A DNA stretch of 32,000 nt from an uncultured bacterium (GTDB lineage: Bacteria > GCA-001730085). The stretch covers positions 101,460 through 133,459 of the forward strand of contig CAZMGY010000019.1 in assembly GCA_964565945.1 (NCBI GenBank), given 5' to 3'. The notes beneath the pieces are model-generated. The model was not told the origin of the DNA. It did not search any database and was given only the letters and a program-made list of their open reading frames with translations. Position numbers and translations under genes: made by a program. Shown here piece by piece: positions 1 to 7,914 of this stretch. Positions within the stretch are counted from its first letter, which is position 1. Each line of letters begins with the position of its first letter.

Positions 1-1
1 T

Positions 2-880
2 GCACGCCAAAATCGAAGTTTTAAAAATTTACCAACCGATGGCACTTATAACAAGTGTTTGATTTATGCGGTTATTGGAGCAATGAAAAATGGCCGTGTG
101 GGTCTTGATCCAAAAGAACGAAATGTTGTGATTGCTGAGATGCAAAATTATCTAAGAGCTATGTATAAAAAATACAGAATAAATAACAATGAAAATATTT
201 TTCCGGAATGTTTTTGGTTTATGATGAATGAGTTCTTAACAGAGAAGGGACAGAAAGAGTTGCCGAACAATTTAGGGTATTTACTTAAGCACGCGGGTTC
301 TTCTTCTTCTGAAATTTTTTTTGAGATCTATGTAAGTAAAATTCTTCCTCACCCCAGATACCGTTTTGATGCCTTAGGTGAACTTTGGGTGTTGGCATCC
401 TTAATTCAGCGGGATATTCAGCTTCATTATTCTTATGGAATCCTAGGGGAATCGATACCTATTCTCTATAACCGTAATCTTCCTGCTTTTCTTGTGTCTC
501 AATCCTTTAAAAGGCTTATGGGTAACTTGCGAGTAGCACCTGATAACAAAGTCCATGTGGCCCATATAGGTGGAGGGGGGCACTTTGAGGCTTTAGAGTC
601 GCAGGGTTTAATGCCTCAAAATATCAACGTTATTTTTGAAAAACACCGCCTTACGATAAAGTTCGATCCTAGTAATATTGATCAACTACGTCAGTGGATT
701 CATTCCATGGTGACTGATGTTCCAGTAGAGTTTTATAGTGATAATGAAATTCTTACGGATGATAAGTTGATAGAGAAGTTAACCCATAATGTGTCAGGTG
801 ATCTTCTCAGTATTACTGTTCGCAAAAATACAGGGGACTTTTTTTCTAACGAACTCTGGTGGATTAAACAGGCAACTTAG
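2..880 (+). CDS. 5'-truncated CDS (runs off the left edge); candidate OTU-like papain-fold cysteine peptidase (deubiquitinase-type)
   Basis: The frame is open from base 2 (ARQNRSFKNLPTDGTYNKCLIYAVIGAM...). The track's TTG start at 59 lies one codon after the Cys codon (56-58). Three motifs occur in OTU order: Cys-loop-like DGtynKCLiyA, central GELWVLASLIQRDIQL (compare wGgelEL.alA), and His-loop-like VHVAHIGGGGHFEAL (compare HYd.l). Stop at 878-880. Confidence 0.4.
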   Translation, partial: ARQNRSFKNLPTDGTYNKCLIYAVIGAMKNGRVGLDPKERNVVIAEMQNYLRAMYKKYRINNNENIFPECFWFMMNEFLTEKGQKELPNNLGYLLKHAGSSSSEIFFEIYVSKILPHPRYRFDALGELWVLASLIQRDIQLHYSYGILGESIPILYNRNLPAFLVSQSFKRLMGNLRVAPDNKVHVAHIGGGGHFEALESQGLMPQNINVIFEKHRLTIKFDPSNIDQLRQWIHSMVTDVPVEFYSDNEILTDDKLIEKLTHNVSGDLLSITVRKNTGDFFSNELWWIKQAT

Positions 881-1074
881 CATTGCCCCTTACGTTCTAG
901 ATTGTCAAAATTATACTGCAGTTAGTTTGAGCTAGCCAAAAACATGGGGCATTGCGTTCTTAGTGGCTTTGTGGTGTTTAACAAAAGAATAAAGAAATAA
1001 AAATTGATTTTTTTGTGAGAATCATATAGGATGAGTTGGGTGTATTATGTATGTGGAAAGGTGGTAAGTTTGCT

Positions 1075-1977
1075 ATGAATGCTCAAGTAGTGTCTGATGT
1101 GCTGGTGGCATCTGAATCTAAACGATCTTTAGGTCATCCTGTTCGCAAGAATGATTGGCGTACTATTCCTGTTTTTGTGGGGATTACATTGGGGTCTTTG
1201 ATTGGGGGGCCTATTTACATTTATCAAAATGGCTTTCCTGCTGAGGTGGCGTGGTTAGTTGCTTTTTTTATGGTGACGACAGGGCTTTCGATCACAGCTG
1301 GGTATCACCGCTTATTTTCCCACCGCACCTTTAAAGCGAATGGTTTGGTGCGTTTTTTGTTCCTTTTTTTTGGTGCTGGAGCCATGGAAGAATCGGCGTA
1401 TCGCTGGTCTTCGCAACATCGTGAACATCACGGCTTTGTTGACACGGACAGAGACCCTTACAACATCAAAAAAGGGTTTTGGTATGCGCATTTGGGGTGG
1501 ATGATTTTTTGGGACCATGTGATTTGTTATGACAATGTGAAAGATTTGCAAAAACAAAGAATGGTGATGCATCAACATAATAACTACTTGCTTTGGACGG
1601 TAACGTCTGGTGTTGTTTTGCCTTTGCTAATGGGAGCTTTGATGGGTCATGTGGTGGGAGCCTTTATTTTTGCTGTTTGCTTTCGCTTGTTTATAGTTTA
1701 CAACGCAACTTTTTTTATCAATTCGATATGTCATATGTTTGGCAAATCGACTTATGATAAAAACGCAACAGCCAAGGATAATTGGTTGATTGCTTTTTTT
1801 ACCTATGGAGAAGGCTATCATAGCTTTCATCATAGGTTTCCTCGCGACTATCGTAATGGTGTGCGTTTCTTCGATTGGGATCCGAGCAAATGGCTGATTC
1901 GCGGTTTGGCGATGATTGGCATGGCTTGGGACTTGCAAAAAGTGACCGATGAGGTCATTGAAAAAGCCAAAGTCTGA
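1075..1977 (+). CDS. Acyl-CoA (stearoyl-CoA-type) delta-9 fatty acid desaturase, membrane-bound
   Basis: Three histidine boxes are present: GYHRLFSHR, QHREHHGFVDTDRDPYN and GEGYHSFHHRFPRDYR. There are hydrophobic TM pairs. ATG 1075 is preferred because of AAAGGTGG about 10 nt upstream. The ORF is open from 1036, so starts at 1036 or 1051 remain possible. Confidence 0.9.
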   Translation: MNAQVVSDVLVASESKRSLGHPVRKNDWRTIPVFVGITLGSLIGGPIYIYQNGFPAEVAWLVAFFMVTTGLSITAGYHRLFSHRTFKANGLVRFLFLFFGAGAMEESAYRWSSQHREHHGFVDTDRDPYNIKKGFWYAHLGWMIFWDHVICYDNVKDLQKQRMVMHQHNNYLLWTVTSGVVLPLLMGALMGHVVGAFIFAVCFRLFIVYNATFFINSICHMFGKSTYDKNATAKDNWLIAFFTYGEGYHSFHHRFPRDYRNGVRFFDWDPSKWLIRGLAMIGMAWDLQKVTDEVIEKAKV

Positions 1978-2105
1978 GGGTGATAATCGCCGTTATTGTG
2001 CAATAACTTTGGTGAATTTTCGAGTACATTAATCTTACTCAGCTAATGGTCTGCCGTTCCTAACTGTTGGGGTTTGGTTATGATGTTGAACACTGCTTGA
2101 AATCG

Positions 2106-3152
2106 TTAATCGTCGTCTCGGGTCACTAAGAATTCTCCCCAAATAGGGCGGTGATCCGAAACTGCTTTTCTAGCCGTGTAGAGATCGTTCTTATAAATGT
2201 GTTTGTCGAACTCAAAAATACTTGATTTTCCAGTGTATTCGGTCAAATGATCTTGATCGAAGAAGAAGTTGTCATAAAGGCTTTTGTCGCCTATGGTGGT
2301 TTTGCCGTTGTGAATCAGTGCACACATTCCGTTGCTACAGGCTAGCAGAGCTTGAAACCCTTCATCGCGCGGGCCAAAGTTGAAATCACCTAAAATGATA
2401 ATGTCTTGTTCATGACTATCTTGTTGTTGGAGTGTAGTGTAAACTTCGGCCAGCTGTTTGATTTCGGGGCGACGATGTTTCTTGGAGTTACCAAAAAGCA
2501 CGTGGATTGTGGCTAGGGTAAAGTCAAACTGACCAGCTTTGAAAGTGGCGTAATAGGGTTCGCGAATAAAGTGATTCTGAGGGTCAGGGTAAATCTGACC
2601 TTTTTGTTTAATTTCGATGATGCCAGCTTTGTAGATAAAGGCATAACGTTCTTTGACGCTTTTTCCGACAGGTCGAGAAATCATATAGTCATAGTCGAGG
2701 CCTTTATCTCTCAGAATAGCCAAAGTCCGTTGAATCACGGTTTCATCGCGCACTTCTTGCACCGCAATCAGGTCATACCGTTCCAAAATGGCGGCAATTT
2801 GTTGGAGCTCTTGGTCATCACGGCTTTTGTTGGAATAGATTCTAATGTTGAATGATGCGATGGTGATGGCTTTGCCCAGTTTGGCTTTAATGATGGGGTG
2901 CTTGGGGGTTGATGAGAATGGTTTGAAGTTTTGAAGAGAATCGACGAGTTGTCGCGTTTGGTGCGTGATGGTGGGGCCAACAAGTTTGCGGATCCATGTT
3001 AGCGCCTTGTTGCGATGCTGACGATAAGGCTGGTAAACGTGTGGAGCGAGTGTATCGACGATGAGCAAAATAACGGTCAAAAGCAGTAATTTTTTCAAAC
3101 GTTGTAAGTTAGGTGTAGTAGGTTTAGATTGTTTTTTCTTCTTTTGAGCCAT
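2106..3152 (-). CDS. DNase I family nuclease (endonuclease/exonuclease/phosphatase fold) with N-terminal Lys-rich segment and a signal-anchor/TM helix
   Basis: It aligns by eye along the length of bovine DNase I: SFNIRiy/AFNIRTF, RYDLIAVQEVRD/RYDIVLIQEVRD, SRPVGKSVKERYAFIYK/SEPLGRNSYKERYLFLFR, FIREPYYATFK/FSREPAVVKF, ATIHV/ALHS, ILGDFNF/LMGDFNA, YDNFFF/YDRIVV, SDHRPIW/SDHYPVEV. The N-terminus is MAQKKKKQSK...LLLLTVILLIVDTL. The start is uncertain: 3152 (MAQKKKK) or 3194. Confidence 0.8.
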   Translation of the reverse strand: MAQKKKKQSKPTTPNLQRLKKLLLLTVILLIVDTLAPHVYQPYRQHRNKALTWIRKLVGPTITHQTRQLVDSLQNFKPFSSTPKHPIIKAKLGKAITIASFNIRIYSNKSRDDQELQQIAAILERYDLIAVQEVRDETVIQRTLAILRDKGLDYDYMISRPVGKSVKERYAFIYKAGIIEIKQKGQIYPDPQNHFIREPYYATFKAGQFDFTLATIHVLFGNSKKHRRPEIKQLAEVYTTLQQQDSHEQDIIILGDFNFGPRDEGFQALLACSNGMCALIHNGKTTIGDKSLYDNFFFDQDHLTEYTGKSSIFEFDKHIYKNDLYTARKAVSDHRPIWGEFLVTRDDD

Positions 3153-3213
3153 AATTAAAAAATTTCCCTTCAAAGCATTACCATTGTATAGCAAAAACGA
3201 GATGCGGCTATGT

Positions 3214-4374
3214 TTATTTCGTCTTTTGAAGCTCGTTTTGGATTAGGTGAATAAGTCTGTGGCCCAGGTGTTTAGGGGTGAATTGTGAGTTGAACAGTTG
3301 ATGGGCTTTATGGGCAAGAGAGCTACGGAGTTCTTTGTTGTGATAAAGTTGTTTAATGGCTTTTGCTAGGGCCACGGGATCGTCCGGAGGTGTTAGAAGA
3401 GCTGTTTCATTATCGGTGAGAATTTCTCGTGATGCGGTGGTGTCCATGGTAATAATCGGTTTTTTCATGGCCATTAAGCTGTAGACTTTGATAGGAATTA
3501 CCATTTGAGCTTTTTCGGTGGTTCCAAAAATACCTAAACCCACGTCGGATTTCTCGTATAGGGCTGGCAATTCTTGCAGCGGGAGATAAGGTTTAAAGCT
3601 AATGTTGCGTGTTTGCAGTTGTTGAGTTAATTGAACTATGGATTCAAAAGTTTGGCCTTTGCCGACAAGGGTTAGACGAATTTTGGGAAAATCTTCCAAG
3701 TGTTTAGCGGCCTGAATGATGGTTTTGATGCCATGAAGGGGGACGTAGGTCCCAACAAAAAGAATCTCAAAAAAATCTGTTTCTTCAGATACTGCGGTTT
3801 TGGCTGGTTTAAAAATATCGGGATCTTCACCCACATATAAAGACTTTATTTTTTCGGGATCAATCTGAAAGGTATTGGCAATATGATGGGCATGAGCTTG
3901 GGTGTCGGACAAAACAAGCCTTGCTTGCTGAAGTGATACACGATCGACCCAATGAAGAAGTTTAGCCTCGCAACTGTTGGGATTAATAGCTTGACGATCA
4001 ATCACAGCTGTTTCATGATTCATCACAAAACTATCAAAAATAATTGGTTTGTTGAAGAGCTTGCCAATCAGGGAAGCGACTAAGACATCAAACTGATAGG
4101 GGTGTCCAATCATGATGGCGTCAATGCGGTAGACGATCAGACGATGAATAAGCTGGATACTCAGGAAGGCATACGTCCAAAATATTTTGCAGATGAACAT
4201 CAGCCAGGCCAGCCCAAGCTGCCATTTGGCAGGCTTAGGGGAAGAGAATTTTAATTTGACATCAGGCTTTAAACAAGGTTTGACGAAATCCACGCCTTGC
4301 TGTTCGAGGCCTTTGAGAATCACGCGATTGCGTATGTATTGTTGACGGCAATGCCCAAAATAGCAAAGTCTCAT
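3214..4374 (-). CDS. Glycosyltransferase, GT-B fold, group 1 (GT4-like)
   Basis: The C-terminal half has a typical glycosyl-transferase group 1 pattern (FVGTYVPLHGI..., LPALYEKSDVGLGIFG, MAMKKPIITMDT). The N-terminal half carries a hydrophobic insertion. Its ATG overlaps the upstream methyltransferase stop (ATGA at 4371-4374). Confidence 0.8.
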   Translation of the reverse strand: MRLCYFGHCRQQYIRNRVILKGLEQQGVDFVKPCLKPDVKLKFSSPKPAKWQLGLAWLMFICKIFWTYAFLSIQLIHRLIVYRIDAIMIGHPYQFDVLVASLIGKLFNKPIIFDSFVMNHETAVIDRQAINPNSCEAKLLHWVDRVSLQQARLVLSDTQAHAHHIANTFQIDPEKIKSLYVGEDPDIFKPAKTAVSEETDFFEILFVGTYVPLHGIKTIIQAAKHLEDFPKIRLTLVGKGQTFESIVQLTQQLQTRNISFKPYLPLQELPALYEKSDVGLGIFGTTEKAQMVIPIKVYSLMAMKKPIITMDTTASREILTDNETALLTPPDDPVALAKAIKQLYHNKELRSSLAHKAHQLFNSQFTPKHLGHRLIHLIQNELQKTK

Positions 4375-5042
4375 AGGGGATTATCCTGACAAGGTCGCGC
4401 CGATACAAGATATTGAAAGGCTAAAAAATTTTTAAGAAAAGGCCAGGCAAAATAAGGAGCCCAGCGATTGATTGGACGAGGTTCTTCGACAAGGCGATAG
4501 GTCGTTGAAAGAGATTCGATCGAAAAATTGGCCTGGCTAAAGAGCTCTTCGACGTTGCGTTTGGTGAAAAAACGTAAATGCGTGCGATCATGAACCCCGC
4601 GATCGCGGTAAGGCCAATAGCCTTTGACAAAAATAGTCCACAGCGAGTCCCAGTGGCGAATATTGGGCAAAGATGCGATCATTTGACCGGAAGGTTTGAG
4701 GTGTGTGCGAAGTGTTTGGAGTAGAGACCATGGATTGATCAAGTGCTCCAAAACATCACCACAAATGATGGTGTCGAAGCGTGTTGTTTTGAGCTCTTGT
4801 GTAAGGTTGAGACGATTAAGATCTCCCTGAATGACACGATCAAGTTTCTTGTGAGCCTCTTGCGCCATGTCGGGACAATATTCGATGCCCGTGACCTGAC
4901 AATCAAAATGCTTTTTAAGAGAAGCTCCGAGTGTTCCGACACTACAGCCGACATCGAGAATGGTTTGAGGATTACCTGTGATAAGAGCCACAAGATCGGA
5001 GCGTTCTCCAGTGTAGGCTGTGTTGAATGGAGTGGTTTTCAT
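4371..5042 (-). CDS. Class I SAM-dependent methyltransferase
   Basis: SAM-binding motif I ILDVGCSVGTLG, an acidic residue after beta-2 (GIEY), and motif FDTIICGDVLEHL. It has ATGA overlaps with both neighbours. Confidence 0.8.
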   Translation of the reverse strand: MKTTPFNTAYTGERSDLVALITGNPQTILDVGCSVGTLGASLKKHFDCQVTGIEYCPDMAQEAHKKLDRVIQGDLNRLNLTQELKTTRFDTIICGDVLEHLINPWSLLQTLRTHLKPSGQMIASLPNIRHWDSLWTIFVKGYWPYRDRGVHDRTHLRFFTKRNVEELFSQANFSIESLSTTYRLVEEPRPINRWAPYFAWPFLKNFLAFQYLVSARPCQDNPL

Positions 5043-6508
5043 GCTTTCTTTTCTTCCTTTAAGCGATGTAGAATTTGTAACCTTATTTTATGAACGAGTG
5101 GGTGTTCCCACCACAAGATGATTAGGCCATAGGTGAAAAGACTAAGGCCAATGCCTGCTAGCGTAAGCGGTCCTTTCGAGAAGATGCTGTGGACACTGAC
5201 GTATAAGAAGTTCAAAATGATGTTGGCTAGAACAATTGGCCCAAGGGAGCGAATTTGCTTGGGAGCCGAAGGAAACTCTTTGTTGAGAACTTTTAGAACT
5301 ACAGCAAAATCAAGCCATTGAATAAAGGTGATGGCCCAGGCTGCGCCTTTCATATCGTAATGGCGAACCGCAATCGGTATTATGACAAAACCAATGCAGA
5401 GGGAAATAATATTAGCGTAAAACAGGGTTTTGGGAGAACCGATGCTATTAAGCAATGGAGAGTAGGTAGCTAAAAAACAGCGAAAGCAGGCGTACAAACA
5501 AAAGATTTTAAGGATGGGCACCATGCCATACCAGTTGGAGCTAAACAGCGTGCCAATAATGGGTTGGCTAAACTGAGCTAAAGTGATTAAAGCTGGCAAA
5601 AGAACAATCAATAGGCTTTTGAAAATTTGAGTGGTCACAGCTAGCATGCGTGGTCGGTCATGTTGCAGTTCACAATAAATGGGAAAAGCAACGCCATTAA
5701 CGGCATGAATCACCATCATGACAGGTATGGAGGCGAAAGTGAATGCCCAGATATAAAAACCTAGTGCTTGAGCGCTAAGGTATTTGGCGACCACAAAATT
5801 GTCGTATTGCATTTTGCTAAATACAAGAAGGCCTTGACCTAAAATGTATTTCCCATAGGTAATGATGGCGATTAAGATGCGTTTGTGAACTTTTTTAGCT
5901 GAAAAGCGGATTTTGGCAAACATAAAGACGCCCAAACTGTTCACTAAAATAGCTGTGAAGTGGGCGATCAGAAGCATCCAAAAGGAAGAATAAAGCAAAC
6001 ACAAACCTAGTGCCAAAAGAGCATAAGTGGCAATGCTAATCAGTTCGGCAATGGCAATTTGTTTGAATCTATGGTTTCGCTCAAGATAAGCCACTGATAT
6101 TGTTTGGAGGGGCCATATCCAGAGGATAGAGCTAAAAATGAGTAAAATGTTTCCTAAGGGGGGCTTATTAAAAAAACTTTCTAGAGGGTAAGCCAGTAAG
6201 AGTAAAAGAAAAAAGAGGACCGCGTTTAAAGCATAGCTGAAGCACAGAGCTGTGCTTATGATGCGATCTTCGGGGTAAGACTTGTTGTAGACCACAAAAG
6301 TTGCGATTCCAAATTGCCCCAAAAGAGCCATAAAGTCGATAATACTAATACTAAGAGCAATGAGTCCAAAGTCTTCGGGCAAAAAAATACGAGCCAAAAC
6401 GATTTTGGCGATTGTCCGAATAAGGTAGCCACTTATATTTTTGGATAAAAGCCAAAAGCTGTTCGATAAAAGGTTTTCTTTGATGTTCATACTCCAGCAT
6501 TGTATCAC
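5039..6508 (-). CDS. Polysaccharide biosynthesis protein / Wzx-like MOP-family flippase (multi-pass membrane)
   Basis: About 12-14 hydrophobic helices. The N-terminal region NSFWLLSKNISGYLIRTIAKIVLARIFLPEDFGL is typical of Polysacc_synt flippases. The start is GTG 6508 or ATG 6490. Confidence 0.75.
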   Translation of the reverse strand: MIQCWSMNIKENLLSNSFWLLSKNISGYLIRTIAKIVLARIFLPEDFGLIALSISIIDFMALLGQFGIATFVVYNKSYPEDRIISTALCFSYALNAVLFFLLLLLAYPLESFFNKPPLGNILLIFSSILWIWPLQTISVAYLERNHRFKQIAIAELISIATYALLALGLCLLYSSFWMLLIAHFTAILVNSLGVFMFAKIRFSAKKVHKRILIAIITYGKYILGQGLLVFSKMQYDNFVVAKYLSAQALGFYIWAFTFASIPVMMVIHAVNGVAFPIYCELQHDRPRMLAVTTQIFKSLLIVLLPALITLAQFSQPIIGTLFSSNWYGMVPILKIFCLYACFRCFLATYSPLLNSIGSPKTLFYANIISLCIGFVIIPIAVRHYDMKGAAWAITFIQWLDFAVVLKVLNKEFPSAPKQIRSLGPIVLANIILNFLYVSVHSIFSKGPLTLAGIGLSLFTYGLIILWWEHPLVHKIRLQILHRLKEEKKA

Positions 6509-6720
6509 TGCTTGGATGGTATGTTCATGAAATGGTGTAACATGGTCTTAATATTATGTTGCAATTGAACATGTGCGATTTCGTGGGCAAGAATACTGGC
6601 AACTTCTTCGGCCGAGGAGGTCTTTTCGACTAGTTCGGATGTGATGGTCGAGCAAGTCGGATTGTTTGTAGAGCAAGAGATGTTGTGTTGCGTCGGAGGT
6701 CAACGATATTGGCTTTCATA
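6505..6720 (-). pseudogene. Decayed M48-type zinc metallopeptidase relic (frameshifted and truncated)
   Basis: A strong SD (AAGGAG, 7 nt) precedes ATG 6720, but that frame stops after 29 codons. A different frame encodes ...SSAEEVASILAHEIAHVQLQHNIKTM...*, carrying an HExxH motif (AHEIAH at 6571-6588) in M48-like context. That frame has no start codon and ends about 20 aa after the motif. Confidence 0.45.
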
Positions 6721-6921
6721 ACAGTCTCCTTGAGTTAAACACACATCTGTGCGGCTATTTTATAAGAAATGTGTGAAAGAATCTATTGGTCAATGACTGA
6801 GATTCACGCATATAATGACCCTAAGTGAGAATTGACTAATCACAAACGAAAGAGTGGGATGTGCTTGCTTATTGGGACTTACTTAGAGTGGCTTAAGTTT
6901 TGTAAGGTATAGGGTGGGCTG

Positions 6922-7752
6922 GTGCGAATGGTGTCTATGATGAAAATTTTGCTTGTACATGTTTGTATTTCGCTTATGATACTGGCGGTCATTTGGACTG
7001 TTCAAGTGCTTATTTATCCCCAGTTCCAGCAGGTACCCCTTTCTCACTTGTTGGCTTATAGCCAATCGCATGCACGATTGATCAGTTGGATTGTAATGTC
7101 CTTGATGGTGTTTGAAGTGATAACTCTTGGATCTCTTTGGGGTTGTGGTGAATCCCGAAGTCTTTGGTTAAGTGTCGCGACAGTGGCTTTGTTGGCTATG
7201 TGGATTCAAACCTTCATGCAGATGGTTCCTCTGCATCAGCAACTTCACGAATATGGACAACCTTCGTTGGATCTGGTAAAGCAGCTAATCAGCTTAAATT
7301 GGTTTTGGACTATTGCGTGGACGATCAAGTCGCTGGCTCTTGTTGCGTTAGCCCTTTTGTTAAGATGGCCTTATCTGAAGCCATCTTTTTGGAAAGATAT
7401 GTCTTGGAGAAGCCCCTTGAATAAGCCCAATGGTATTAGCTCCTGGGTCGAGACAGTGGATTCCCAGAGGGTTTCACCTATTGATTTAAGATCTTTATCG
7501 TCGTCGATTTGGCCACGCATTGAGGCTCACTGGCAGAGGGAAGGCCGTTCCTTTCGACTTCTTCAAGAACAAGGCCGTCAGCGAATCTATGTGTTATGGA
7601 CTAAAGCTTGGGTTTTTCCTGATATCATTTGTTTCAAGTTTATTGACAATCAAATTCATGTGCGCTCGCAAGCGATGTTGGGTTATTCTGACTTCGGTTA
7701 CAACCGTAAAATTTGGGATGCGTTGCAAGATCATTTGGTGGAAACACTGTGA
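6922..7752 (+). CDS. Membrane protein: N-terminal 4-TM domain (tentatively DUF1772-like) fused to a C-terminal DUF1499-like domain
   Basis: Four hydrophobic helices in the first ~150 aa, with QMVPLHQQL between TM3 and TM4. The C-terminus IHVRSQAMLGYSDFGYNRKIW matches the RS.s..GySDlGvNr signature I associate with DUF1499. The start is ambiguous (GTG 6922, ATG 6928/6937/6940). Confidence 0.5.
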   Translation: MRMVSMMKILLVHVCISLMILAVIWTVQVLIYPQFQQVPLSHLLAYSQSHARLISWIVMSLMVFEVITLGSLWGCGESRSLWLSVATVALLAMWIQTFMQMVPLHQQLHEYGQPSLDLVKQLISLNWFWTIAWTIKSLALVALALLLRWPYLKPSFWKDMSWRSPLNKPNGISSWVETVDSQRVSPIDLRSLSSSIWPRIEAHWQREGRSFRLLQEQGRQRIYVLWTKAWVFPDIICFKFIDNQIHVRSQAMLGYSDFGYNRKIWDALQDHLVETL

Positions 7753-7914
7753 ATTTTCCACTTGTCAGCAGCCTTGATTAAGTGCATGCGTACGGACACT
7801 TTGCTATAATTCTCTCAACGAGTCTTAACAAGCGAAATACCCCAAAGGGGGCGAGCAATCACTCAAGAGGATTGATAATTTACTTGAGCTTAGTTAATCA
7901 CTTTCAACAGCAAC

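Noticed and set aside
1992-2007. Weak hairpins as possible terminators between convergent genes: GTTATTgtgcAATAAC followed by TTT (1992-2010) and CCCCaaaGGGG (7840-7851).
   Set aside because: The stems are short (4-6 bp), AT-rich or lacking a proper U-tract. They are not convincing intrinsic terminators by eye.
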